Below, piece after piece: positions 38,302 through 49,705 of a stretch of 64,000 nucleotides of DNA. The stretch is from the NCBI GenBank assembly GCA_024704765.1, contig JAKMXF010000088.1, positions 248,001 through 312,000 on the forward strand, read 5' to 3'. The notes under the pieces were generated by a model. The model made no database searches. It saw nothing but the letters and a program-made list of their open reading frames with translations, and was not told the DNA's origin. Made by a program: the position numbers and the translations under genes. Numbering within the stretch: the first letter of the stretch is position 1; each line of letters starts with the position of its first letter. The stretch comes from Oopsacas minuta. Taxonomy: Eukaryota; Animalia; Porifera.

Positions 38302-40071
38302 ATGTCACAAACGAATGATACTAAATTTCTCTCAGAATTATCGCCTGAACATCTATTGATACTACAACAGCTGAATACTCACAGACTCGAATCAATGGAC
38401 ATAACGACCGGACAGATCTGTACACCGAAACCTCCTGGTGCCCCAAAGAAGGGCTATAAGCGCTTGAGCATGAGGAGAAGCAAACCAGTCTCACAGGTAT
38501 TCGGACGTAATCTCACTAAGATCTCTACTTCATATGTGAAGACTTCTATCCTAGACAACCACATTGCCTTCAAGGAATGGCTACAGAGTGAACAAGATGA
38601 ACCCTCACTTACTGACACTGATTCGATCCCTGCGTTTGTACGTAACACACCATTACGTAGGTCATGCCCAGGACGTGCTCGCGGTACATTACAACGCCGT
38701 CCACACACTAACTCATCTCTGTCCATAGCTGATTTAGAATTTGGCGAGGAAGCACAACGCACAGGCGCACCGTTGCCTTGTTTCGCTCTTGAAGCGGTTA
38801 GACACATCGTTGCATGCGGTCTACGAGCGGAAGGGGTGTTCAGGAAATCTGGGAGTCATGTGCGGATGCGACAACTACGCGAACAGTGGGAGAGTGGAAT
38901 TATGTCTGATCTACAGGCTCGAGATCAACTGCCGGGACATTACCGCTTCTCAATAGAGTTACATCGTACTCATGATATAGCCGGATTATTGAAAGAGTTC
39001 TTACGAGAACTCCCAGAGCCTTTATTAACTCGAGAACTGTTACCTACGTTTCTATCTTTATCAGATTCTACTACGCCTATTTTACCCGCTTTACGAGGAC
39101 TTGTGTGTTTACTTCCGGAGAGGAATAGGTGTCTGTTACAGCTGTTACTCTTCCTATGTAGTGAAGTGTTGGAAAATAGTCAGTTTAATAAAATGGATAC
39201 TCATTCGTTAGCAACCGTATTAGCGCCAGGAATGTTACCTAACCTAACTAATCAAAAGGATTTTACGCTCGCTAGTGTTTCAGTAGTGAGACAACTCATT
39301 GAGGCGTCGAATGACTTATTTTCAGTTTCAGAATCAGATTGGTCGATTTTGAATCTTAAATCTATTCTATTATCGAACACTAATGAAAACTCTCCTTTGT
39401 CAGCCAGCTGTCAATACCCGTCGCCATCTCCTCTGTTAGCTAGTGAGAGTTATGAGTTTGGAGGTAGAGTTAAGCGTTTCTTTAAGCGAGCTCTTCTCAG
39501 CCCTTTCGATTCTCCGAATTCTGTTCCTAAACTAAAGCTTGGTAGAATTCCTAACACAGATATGTCTACAGGGCTATATAGGTCTAATAATATAGGAGTA
39601 ATACATTGTTCTGATAATTCAATAAGCTCCAGTCCAGATTCATTCAGAGAAAGGTCTAGAACGTATGGAGAGCTGAAGTTAAGGGTGTCAGACAGAGAAA
39701 GGATATCACCGGGCCTGATTCATCCACGGCTCTTAACTGGACCCCCTCTTATCTTCAGCCCATCTGAGAATATAATGCGAATTAATTCCACTTCGAAACG
39801 ACAGTTTATTATTCGACCGATTAACTCAAGTCCTCTTAATGATATAGGCCCTAATCCTAAAATATTAACTACTAATATTCATCCTGAGATCAACCGCGAT
39901 ATTCCAAAGCCTTTCTCAAAATACACCACTCACGTAACTTACAACAAACTGCCACTTAAACCACTTCACACCTCGCAGATTGAAAATACGCGTTATATTT
40001 CAAGTCCTGCCAGTCAGTCAAATGATCATTTGTTTGATATTAAGAAGATAACAGTTTTAACAGATAACTGA
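38302..40071 (+). CDS. Rho GTPase-activating protein
   Basis: 589 aa; arginine finger EGVFRKSG, HDIAGLLKEFLRELPEPLLT, NKMDTHSLATVLAP; Ser/Pro-rich C-terminus. Confidence 0.9.
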   Translation: MSQTNDTKFLSELSPEHLLILQQLNTHRLESMDITTGQICTPKPPGAPKKGYKRLSMRRSKPVSQVFGRNLTKISTSYVKTSILDNHIAFKEWLQSEQDEPSLTDTDSIPAFVRNTPLRRSCPGRARGTLQRRPHTNSSLSIADLEFGEEAQRTGAPLPCFALEAVRHIVACGLRAEGVFRKSGSHVRMRQLREQWESGIMSDLQARDQLPGHYRFSIELHRTHDIAGLLKEFLRELPEPLLTRELLPTFLSLSDSTTPILPALRGLVCLLPERNRCLLQLLLFLCSEVLENSQFNKMDTHSLATVLAPGMLPNLTNQKDFTLASVSVVRQLIEASNDLFSVSESDWSILNLKSILLSNTNENSPLSASCQYPSPSPLLASESYEFGGRVKRFFKRALLSPFDSPNSVPKLKLGRIPNTDMSTGLYRSNNIGVIHCSDNSISSSPDSFRERSRTYGELKLRVSDRERISPGLIHPRLLTGPPLIFSPSENIMRINSTSKRQFIIRPINSSPLNDIGPNPKILTTNIHPEINRDIPKPFSKYTTHVTYNKLPLKPLHTSQIENTRYISSPASQSNDHLFDIKKITVLTDN

Positions 40072-41324
40072 TTCACTTACTTTTGACTTGTAATTATTTT
40101 TGTAAATAAGGTTTATATGTTTATGCTCTATTAATATAAGTTATACTGGTAATCGGAGTATTTACGAGTGATTGGAGTTTACATAAGTGCGAAAGTTTCA
40201 GATTTAGAGAGTTGTCGCGAGTTATACTCGGGTTTTCGTCATTAAATAATGACAACATTCAAGTAAGAATAGTGAAAACTCTATAATCCACACAAAATTA
40301 CGTAGCACCTGGTAGCTGGTATTTCATTGTATCCAAGGTATGTACCAAGGATGCTCAAGTGTCGAATAATACTATTTCAGTGGAGTTCTAAGAGGTAGGA
40401 GTATATCAAGCCACGTATTATGTATTAATCTAATTTAAGCCAATTCTCCTTGTTTTAGATTCGAAAGTTATTCTGAAATAATCTCTCATTGATTTTGTGA
40501 CTAATTCCAGCGTTTTTATTGATTTATTTATAAAAACAAACGATTATGAGGGTGTTCCATTGCATATGCGTATAATCCTGGGGTGCCGGGGGGGGGTTCT
40601 TGATGTATTCCTAGTATTTGAGGTTCCTGATTTGGGTTTGCTTCTTGATTGATTCTTAGCATTTGTAGCTGTTGAATTAGTATTAATTCTTCTTTAATTG
40701 TGGCAGATGTTTGATATTGCTGTTGTTTCTCTAGCTGTCGACGTAGACGCCGTTTTTGTCGGTATCGTTTTCGTTTTGCTTGTTTTCTACTTTTACTTTT
40801 AGGCTGAGGTTGTGTCACAAGGTCTAACCTCTTAACGAAACAGGACACGTATTAAAGTATTGTACAGATAAAAACTTATACAGAGTTTCTATTTAGACAG
40901 ATTTCTTCCAACTTAATGCATATCATGTACTGTCGGATAGATACTGTAGTAAGTATTACCTAGAATAGTTCCTTCTGCCTCAAAATTTGTCATATGTGTT
41001 GTTGAAAAATAAAAATGTTAATATTTCGGAACAGTTCAGGTTATAACCATAAATCGTGTCCTTCCGGCGAAAACATTTTCTGATCGCATAGCCCACAGGC
41101 TGATATGAAAGTCTACCGCATGTAACTCTGAATCGCCTCCCTCGCTTTATGAAAACTATTCTTTGAGTTATATAATTGTATGATACATGCGTATATAGTA
41201 ATGATTTGTATATTCCCCAGTAGCCAGTATTATTCGCGGTAACTTGTTATCTTTCATACCTACAGGGGCGGCAGGTCTTGCGAGCAGTACCTCATTATCC
41301 GATCAATTTGCCAAATTTGCTGTT

Positions 41325-41326
<2 letters not shown>

Positions 41327-41355
<29 letters not shown>
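41327..41355. repeat. (AAT)n microsatellite
   Basis: Directly visible. Confidence 0.9.
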
Positions 41356-41357
<2 letters not shown>

Positions 41358-43237
41358 GTTGGCTTTTAATGCTAGAGTGAAATTTAATAGAGCAATTGGT
41401 AAATATGACCGGTTATATTATAGGCACTGCGTTACCGACCACTTTTTGAAACGATCCGACGCGGCTGTACCTTCTTCAATATTTTCAACATCTGTAATGC
41501 ACTAGAAATAGCCTAACAACTCAAGTCACTTTAATAAAATATATATTTACAAAAACACAGAGAGTTAGGGGGCTTCTTTGATATCCTCATACCGCAATGG
41601 ATGCTCATGGTTTAAAGAAAATGTTTGGCCGGAAGGTTTGGCCTGTTTATACACATTTTTGTTTGATAATTAAATAATAAAATTATTCAAATAACGATTA
41701 AACTGAAGAATACGTAAACGATCAAGTGCTGAAAAATAATTAATTGCTGAATATGCAAAAGTATTTTATTACTAACTTTAGTGCTGACATGATTTGTTAA
41801 CTATAGAAAATCACGGTTATTTAATTAAGAACATACATGTGTATCCACCATCGTTACTAATCCGCTAACAGCAGTACGAAGTTGTCGTCCCTGTTTGATC
41901 CTTGGCATCTCTTCAGCCGAGCTTTATTACTATTATTAATCTAATCACAATATGATAAATACTATACTATTAGCATACAGTAGGGACAGCAGTACCACGT
42001 GTTAGAAAGAAACTAAGTCATGTTTGATATTTCCATAGTAATTGCGTATAGAACCCCTCATATATTAAATAGCCTTATCAGTTATTCGAACTGTTAGTCC
42101 TTGCCTCTTTGGAGGGGGATATCTCTAGAAAACCTTGAAAACCCATATTCAACTGTCGAACAAGGCTTCTAATACCTCCCCTCTATATGATTATCAAATA
42201 TTTAACCATGGATATTGGATTTCGTATATCTGCTTGAATGTTTGTTTTAAGGTATTTTTAAGCATTCTCCTTGTTAATTTGGGTATTTCTTCTGGATTAG
42301 TTACTATATATGCTTGGATGTTGTCAAGGGTTTTTAATGCAGGATTAAAGGGTGATTTCTATAAAAGATAAAATATATTGAAATCTACCATCCATGGTTA
42401 ATTATCTAATCAGCATATAGGGGGACTACTTTTGTCAAAACAGTGCGAGTGGCTAAATCTCGAGAATGATTTGATACGACTTGATACAGGGCGCTCAACC
42501 TGGAAACCTTCACAATCGTGCAATTTAGTATTAGTATTATATGAAAGACCAGGGATTCTGCAGAATTTGTAGACCCGAAATAGTGAGACTCATGAGATAG
42601 TGAGAGTTGAGAGCCCTGCTTGATACAATGATACATTTTGATTGGAAAAGTAAATATTTGAATTGAATTCATTTCAATTCGTAAACGATTAGATTTGATT
42701 ATATATTATTTTAGCTGAATACACTTATTTTATTATAAAACTTACTGATTTGATTTCAAATGCTAATTGGAATTTAGTGGGTAGAAAAATGATCACGATC
42801 TGCCTTTCGGTCTTTTCCTAGACTTTGGGACACTCCATAAATTGAGAAATTTGTATACTCATATATTTAGGGGTGGAGATTGCGTCTGGAAATTGTCAAA
42901 AGTGAAATTTTATCACCTTTATGGTAATTAATCACATTATCACACCTCTCACTACTGTAAATTCAATAGGATGCTAGAGATTAGGTTACTACATCTTACA
43001 AGGTGAATGAATACACAGAGCCTGACCTAGCCTGACCAGCATACTCTATATGTGGGTGATGTTTGTTGAAAAATTTTTGAAATATATTAAATAAGCTATT
43101 GTCAAATCGATTTTACATGATTATCAATGTATTTTACCTATTAATTATTCCTGAATTTTATGAAAAGTCGAATTTTTTGCATTTCATGGCTTTGTAATTT
43201 CTAATAGATCTCATACCCTTCTAGCTACGATTCTTAG

Positions 43238-43639
43238 ATGGCAAAATTTACATCTGCTAAACACCAGCACCTTATTCAAGACAGTCTCTTCCAAAAGTCT
43301 TTTCTAAGCTTCACTGGGAAATTCAATTGGCTTCATTTCGCTAAAGATTGTATGATTACTATTGTATTTCCAGCTGGTTTGAGGGAGAATCAACATGTAT
43401 TGGCTTATTGGCAATGGGATGTGGACGCTAAGGGTATGCATTCTAAGGCGGAACCTAAAGGTGTTATTGATGTTTTAGGGAAGTCCACTAAGCCTCCTTA
43501 TATTCGCTTTTTTAAAGATAATTACTATTGGTTTGAAGGAGAAATTCTAGATTCTGAAAAGGTGATAAACCTTACAATGTGGGATAAAACTCAAAAAACA
43601 CGAAGTAGCTTTCAAGTTGCTTTAAGCTTTTCTAAATAA
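43238..43639 (+). CDS. Orphan 133-aa aromatic, beta-rich protein
   Basis: Clean ATG-to-TAA ORF in very AT-rich surroundings, globular composition with alternating hydrophobic patterns (FTGKFNW, YWQWDVD, YYWFEGE); no family I can name. Confidence 0.65.
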   Translation: MAKFTSAKHQHLIQDSLFQKSFLSFTGKFNWLHFAKDCMITIVFPAGLRENQHVLAYWQWDVDAKGMHSKAEPKGVIDVLGKSTKPPYIRFFKDNYYWFEGEILDSEKVINLTMWDKTQKTRSSFQVALSFSK

Positions 43640-43711
43640 TTTATAAGTTAATTGAGATATTATATTTCCTTATTTATTCCCTCTAATGGGATATTAGGTT
43701 TCTCTTATTTT

Positions 43712-43712
<1 letters not shown>

Positions 43713-43741
<29 letters not shown>
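43713..43741. repeat. (CT)n microsatellite
   Basis: Directly visible. Confidence 0.9.
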
Positions 43742-43746
<5 letters not shown>

Positions 43747-44738
43747 ATATTATTTATATGAATTATTCAATGAGCACCAATATGACATATATTTCAAATG
43801 TTCTTATCTAGTACTTGTTGGAGATTAGTCGATCACCAAATTCTTGAATGTGATCACGATCGTTCATTAAAAACTGATCGGAGATCGTGATCACATTAAC
43901 GATCTTTTATCCGATCACTTTTCTGAAATTTACAAATTTATAAGCATCTCTTATATGCCATAGGGAGTTCTCTATTGCGTTTGTCCGTCGCCGTACACGC
44001 GGTCATGCGAAATCTACCAGTCTTATTGCCATGAAATTATTACACGTACATTCATTTTGATATACATTTTGGTTCTATATTCGGAAATATTCAATTAATG
44101 TCTGCCTAGAACGATCGAAAATATGATCGAATGGTTTTTGGCGGGAAAAAGATCGCGATCTTCCATTCGATCACTGTTAATAGAATTATCGGCAATCATG
44201 TCCCGATCATCAAAAATAGATCACGCTACTAATGTCATAAGTATTTGTAAGTTATAATTGTTCTTGTCTAGCCAAATCAGAAGTTCTTATAACCGGCATC
44301 CGCTGTATTTTTGGCCCTTAATCACTTGACTATATTGACATTCTGCATGCTCTACTTAATACATTGCCGTATATGTCACCGAGAATGAATAGTTTTTACA
44401 GTGTCGGTGTCAGAAGGGGATAGGGGAGGCAGCTGCCCCTCTTGGTTTGAATCCTCCCAAACTTTGTAAACTCTATCACTGAACGGAGCTCACATATTCC
44501 CTTGGACTTTGGTGAAAACTATGTATTGATATTTCAATTTTAGTCACACACTTCATTGATTTAATCAAATTATGGCTTACTTGCATGTAACCAAATATTT
44601 CTTGCTTTCAATCCTCAGAATTGAGATTTTCCTTTGCTTTTGAATTAGCTGAAAAAATTGATATTTCGTTAGTATTACAATATTCTTAACTAATATACGT
44701 ACTTGCTAATTCGCTGTAGATTCTTTTTAGTTATATAA

Positions 44739-45845
44739 ATGGCAGTTGAATTTCCTCCAAAATTGGAAGCGAATTTAGATTTGACAACTGATCAGAATTC
44801 TCTTACATTCCAAGAAGCTAGAGATTCCATCAAAGCACAATTTGTTATTTATCGTAACTTATTGGATAAAAAGGAGTTGGACCTATTATCCGAAATTGAT
44901 CAGCTGGAGGAGAATAACAAACCAGAATTAATTCATGTTAAACATGATCTGACCAGACTCCATGGGGTAATTGGTACTTTAGGTGAATCATTAGGAACTG
45001 ACACTTTGAAATTATTCCTGGAAGAGCAAAAAACAGTTTGGCAAAAGCAAATTTTAGATTTTCAGAGATCAGAAAAACTTTTATCCCGCGTGATCTTGAA
45101 GAATTCTGACTTTGAGAATTTTGTACAGAATGTGAATCAAATTGTTCCTTTTTGGTCAAAAGCTAAATTTAGAATAGAATTGGAACCTATTTTGGAAGTA
45201 AAACCAAAGATTGGAGAAGATTGGTATATCGTATCTAAAAAGTGGTTTTCAGATTTCACAGATTCGATAAATCTAACCGCTCCAAAACCTAATGACAGCT
45301 GGGAGTTCCCAGAGAGAATTCCAATTGACCATTCTAGAATCTATGCAAATGGACTATTGTGTGATGTTAACGATTGTAAGGTGTTACATTCCAAAGCTTG
45401 GAAGTTGTTGCTAGAGTTTAATGGTCTCTCGCTTAATACTATCCCAATAAAAAGACGGTCCTATCCACATTCAATTACTCATATTCGGGTCCCAATAAGC
45501 CCGACCATACACAAATGTACCTTAGGACATAATAGTAAAAACAGCAAATTTAGTATTGAATGTGAGATAAGAACATTTCCATACGAAACATATAATAATA
45601 TTCTAAAGAAATTGTCACCATTCTGTTCATTATTTACAACTCATATACCTATACTGTATTCTATTGGAGGGACATATAATATATCATGTAATCCACCTCA
45701 GTATACTCAGTACAATATTAGCAAGCCTTCTAATCAAGTTCTTGTTCAACCTGCACCTGAATCACCAGTTGGCATAATACCTCAAACACTCTTATTGATT
45801 ATCCCTGACGCTATGGGGGTAAACTATTTTCAAGTTCCCTTATAA
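44739..45845 (+). CDS. Coiled-coil + DUSP-domain protein without a USP catalytic domain
   Basis: 368 aa; helical N-terminus, then DUSP signature GEDWYIVSKKWF..PIDHS..AWKLLLEFNG..PIKR; no Cys-box/His-box. Confidence 0.75.
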   Translation: MAVEFPPKLEANLDLTTDQNSLTFQEARDSIKAQFVIYRNLLDKKELDLLSEIDQLEENNKPELIHVKHDLTRLHGVIGTLGESLGTDTLKLFLEEQKTVWQKQILDFQRSEKLLSRVILKNSDFENFVQNVNQIVPFWSKAKFRIELEPILEVKPKIGEDWYIVSKKWFSDFTDSINLTAPKPNDSWEFPERIPIDHSRIYANGLLCDVNDCKVLHSKAWKLLLEFNGLSLNTIPIKRRSYPHSITHIRVPISPTIHKCTLGHNSKNSKFSIECEIRTFPYETYNNILKKLSPFCSLFTTHIPILYSIGGTYNISCNPPQYTQYNISKPSNQVLVQPAPESPVGIIPQTLLLIIPDAMGVNYFQVPL

Positions 45846-46575
45846 TTGAGTATTTTATTTATTGCTAGATTCAATAACTAACTTTTCTAATATTGAAGCG
45901 GATATGTAAAATGTAAATAAATCGTTGGATTTGTCATAAAAGCATGCAATTTGGCACAGTCATTAATTTATGACACATCCCACATTTTATTGAATTTACT
46001 CGACTTATCCCCCCCAATATAAAGCTAAATATTGATATTAATCTTGTCTTTGCTAATGAATTATTAGTGGAAAATTATAGATGCTAACACCCACTAGTTA
46101 ATTAAATGAAATTTCGTCGGCACAGGTGGTGATTTGACATTTTATCCTATTCTAGCTTCGTATGATTTACTTATGTGCTCGTTTGTCCGATAGAGGATTA
46201 TGAATCGGTCCCGACCACACTTGAGAATAAGCAAACCAGGACCGACCTGAAACCAGTCGGTCCGTTCTGGTCCGGTCTGAAACGCGGTCCACTACATCTC
46301 TGCTATAAACCTCTTTCAATAGCCCTAAGAACGCACTAAAAGACACTGAGACAACACCCAGGGGGGTAACTTTAAATTTCATTGTATCTGTAATTCTATA
46401 CCCAAACGTCTCAATTTTATTACAATATGTGAATATTTCCCATTTTGATGTAATTAAAATAATATTAGTATATTAACAGAATATGAAACATTATACAATA
46501 GTGTAGAGTATAACAGGAGAATTTATAGTTTGTAAATGTATATAATATGGAAAATTGATGAATTGTTAATTAAGG

Positions 46576-47706
46576 ATGATTGATAATATTAATAATATAA
46601 TAATATACTTGAGTGCTATTATTTTGTGTATTTTCTTGCTATTCAGTATTTACTGGCTACTGGTGTTCACAAGAAGAATATATTGCTTCAAAAAGTATAA
46701 GAGAGGAGCAACTAGATGTGCGTCAGAGGAATCAGGTTATTTGAATAATCAATGGCTCTATCATTATGAGACTGAAATTATGAAATATAAGCTTCTGGGG
46801 ATAATAAGTGTACTCGAGATGTGTTCAGGTACTCTATATATGGTCACGCTTTTAATCCCAATCGTGGCTATGCATAATGAAAAGTATCATGATCATATTC
46901 GAATTATCCTCCCGTTCAGTGAGTGCATTAATTCTAATATATCTGTAGCTCAGAATGATACAAGTAGAACTGCATATTCAATAGTATATAAATTCATTCA
47001 CGGGGTTGCAATATCAACTCAGTTGTTTATTATGGTAACGTGTATATGTTTGATGAATTATCTCATTGTTCGTATTAAGAGGATCAATAATACTTCAAAT
47101 CCTCGTCAATTCATAATATTTTCTACTTTGTTAAGTTCATTCTTCATCTGTACAAACGTTATTCCAGAATTACACATTATATATCTGTTGAATTGCAGTT
47201 TCTTTCCAATTATTTACATTTATATATTTGTTAAAACTTCTAATAAATTCACACGTGCCTTGCTTCAGAGAGCTCTGGAGAGTCTCACTCAATACGGATG
47301 TAATAAGGAAGAAATGAAAGAATACAAATACTTCAAATACACCATTAATTTTGTGTGTTGTGGATATCTATTTCTTCTAATTGGAGAGGATGTTACGCAT
47401 ATTTCATCAATTACTATGGGTGTACTTATCTACCACGATTGTTATTTCCCATTTAACATGTTATCACAATTCAAATGGGTAGAACTTTCTCAAAAAAACA
47501 TAGAATTCTCTTTCCAAGTTTCCCGATACATAATATTTTCAGGTAGATTAGTTTGTCATATTGGACTGATAATTGGCTTAACTCCACTTGTATTTGTTAC
47601 AATTACAATTTGGATTAATTCAATTCTGAAGTGCTTTAGAAGTAACCGAAAGATAAAGTATACTACAGCACACTCTACTATTGTAGCACCTTTGTTAATT
47701 CCATGA
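46576..47706 (+). CDS. Orphan multi-pass (about 7 TM) membrane protein, paralog of 32466-33605
   Basis: 376-aa ATG ORF with seven hydrophobic segments and the shared motifs listed for the paralog. Confidence 0.8.
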   Translation: MIDNINNIIIYLSAIILCIFLLFSIYWLLVFTRRIYCFKKYKRGATRCASEESGYLNNQWLYHYETEIMKYKLLGIISVLEMCSGTLYMVTLLIPIVAMHNEKYHDHIRIILPFSECINSNISVAQNDTSRTAYSIVYKFIHGVAISTQLFIMVTCICLMNYLIVRIKRINNTSNPRQFIIFSTLLSSFFICTNVIPELHIIYLLNCSFFPIIYIYIFVKTSNKFTRALLQRALESLTQYGCNKEEMKEYKYFKYTINFVCCGYLFLLIGEDVTHISSITMGVLIYHDCYFPFNMLSQFKWVELSQKNIEFSFQVSRYIIFSGRLVCHIGLIIGLTPLVFVTITIWINSILKCFRSNRKIKYTTAHSTIVAPLLIP

Positions 47707-47875
47707 GTATTTTAAACTATTTTCTATGTAAAATTATATGTTTATATTTTTCTTAATCTCATATTATACTTCCTTCTCTAAATAATTCACCAGGACTAAG
47801 ATTCTCTTTGAACAGAGAAAATTAGTTATTTGAGTGTACATCTAAGAATTAGAGGGGAACACTGGTGCTTATGCC

Positions 47876-48039
47876 CAGAGGTATAGCCAGGGTGCGGAAC
47901 ACACGGCACATGACGAACCCAAAATTGCGTGGCTACCAAAATTTACATAGAAAATCAAATGTATTACATTGTGGCATTTCCGCGCTTGTGCCCACTTCTT
48001 TCACACTCCCCACTATCGTGTGGTCCTAGCTAGCCTCTG
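47876..48039. mobile_element. hAT-type MITE
   Basis: TIR cagaggtatagc/gctagcctctg; flanks cttatgcc and cttatacc match 7/8. Confidence 0.7.
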
Positions 48040-48204
48040 CTTATACCAATCAATGTTTATTATCATTTTTGTAAGCGCTTGCTTAACCTGAAACTGGCTG
48101 TGGGCTTTTACTATAAATAGAAAAAATCAATTTTCAGTTTCAATTTCAAATTGACATTCTAGTAACTTTCACTTTCAGTTTCGGTAGCCAGATTGGGGTT
48201 AATT

Positions 48205-49248
48205 ATGCAAGATAGTAATATTGAAGCTGAACTTGTCTTTACACCAAATCTGTATGTTGGCATTAGACAGATGAAAGAGAATCTCTTCAATGAGTTAACC
48301 CGTGATGTGACAGATCTGAGAGAGAGAGCATTAATACTAGAAGTTATTTGTCAGTTTTGTGAAGATATCCGTTGTGAATTGGATAAATGTAGTCAAGAGT
48401 TATTTTCTATTCTAGATCTAGATAATATATATTGGAGGAGAAGACCTAAATACATGAACAAAAGTTTAACTGCATTTGATCAGTTCTTTCATCAACAAAT
48501 ATACACAATATTACCGAAAAATCCAGGAAATCATTGTCTTAACATTTGTATAGTTAATACCTTGGATGGGAATCACCCTTACTTCTACTTAAGACACCCT
48601 TTGCCTGATCTTAAAGTACAACATGAACGAATTGAGCGACTGAAAAAGGACAGATTTATTGTGGGAGAATATTGTTATCTTTTGAATAGAGATTGGTATT
48701 CTAAATGGTTGAATCATGTTAAAACATATAACAGCAATGTATTACAAGATAATTTGAAGGAAATTGGTCCGATTAGCAACGAAATTTCTAATTCAGTTTC
48801 TATACAAGATATTGTATACTGTCAAACGAATTTGTTTATTCAATTATCTGAACCAGTTTGGATATTGTTACTGTCTTGGTATGGATTATCTAACAGATCG
48901 ATTGTTTTCAGAAGACAGATATTATCATGTGAGGATGGTCAGGTAGAACTTGAGAATACATTAATTCACTTACCCTGTTATTCTGATCCAGACACGGATA
49001 GATATGAAGTATTGGGATTTAGATATGAAGAGACAATAGAAAGTGTTTTAAGTAAGATTAGAGTTGTTTTTAGAATTCCAATACAATCACAGTTATTGCT
49101 ATACACACGTCCCAATGAATGGACGGAATGGGTACATATCAGTGGAGAAATTATCTCAGCAAAAGATCTATTCGATAGAGTACAGTTGCTGATTATTAAG
49201 AAAACTGTTAATGATTGGTCTCTTTCCATATCTCCATGCTATCTTTGA
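48205..49248 (+). CDS. DUSP + ubiquitin-like (USP4/11/15-type DU module) protein without a catalytic domain
   Basis: First ATG at 48205; DUSP GEYCYLLNRDWY..GPISN..VWILLLSWYG; UBL-like EETIESVLSKIRVVFRIP..LLLY..QLLIIKK..DWS, then stop. Confidence 0.78.
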   Translation: MQDSNIEAELVFTPNLYVGIRQMKENLFNELTRDVTDLRERALILEVICQFCEDIRCELDKCSQELFSILDLDNIYWRRRPKYMNKSLTAFDQFFHQQIYTILPKNPGNHCLNICIVNTLDGNHPYFYLRHPLPDLKVQHERIERLKKDRFIVGEYCYLLNRDWYSKWLNHVKTYNSNVLQDNLKEIGPISNEISNSVSIQDIVYCQTNLFIQLSEPVWILLLSWYGLSNRSIVFRRQILSCEDGQVELENTLIHLPCYSDPDTDRYEVLGFRYEETIESVLSKIRVVFRIPIQSQLLLYTRPNEWTEWVHISGEIISAKDLFDRVQLLIIKKTVNDWSLSISPCYL

Positions 49249-49318
49249 TAGTGTGTGTGTTTGTATATATTTATTGATTTGAGAAATTTATAAGTAAGTT
49301 CGGCACTGTTATTAAATA

Positions 49319-49705
49319 CAGTCAAACCAGCTATCGGTCACCTGCACATAGCGGCCACCTAAAAACAGTCCCCTCCGATTTCCCATTATAATGATCTCTC
49401 TACAGTCACCTGCTCAACGCGGCCAGTAGCCACCATTTTTGGTCCCTTAGTTGCGCTAAACCTGTCAATAACGGCCACATTATATAGTGGTCGCCTCCCA
49501 TAAGGTATACCTTTGACAATTCCCTTGAGTGGCCATCATTAACTACTTCCACTTAATTATCTTAAATATTGGCCAATTGTCTTAAAGGATAAATTCTCTA
49601 TATCACCACCATTAATATACAGTTACTACCATAACTAGTGGATAGCGGTTAGTCTCTCTATAACGGGCACTTGCATATAAGGGCCACTTTTGGCCAGTTT
49701 GACTG
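49319..49705. mobile_element. TA-flanked Tc1/mariner(pogo)-type MITE
   Basis: TA|cagtcaaac ... gtttgactg|TA, perfect 9-bp TIR; inverted relative at 12671-13062. Confidence 0.8.

Noticed and set aside
38302-40071. Specific ARHGAP gene symbol
   Set aside because: Motifs do not let me separate ARHGAP11-, ARHGAP6- or ARHGAP18-like groups without a phylogeny.
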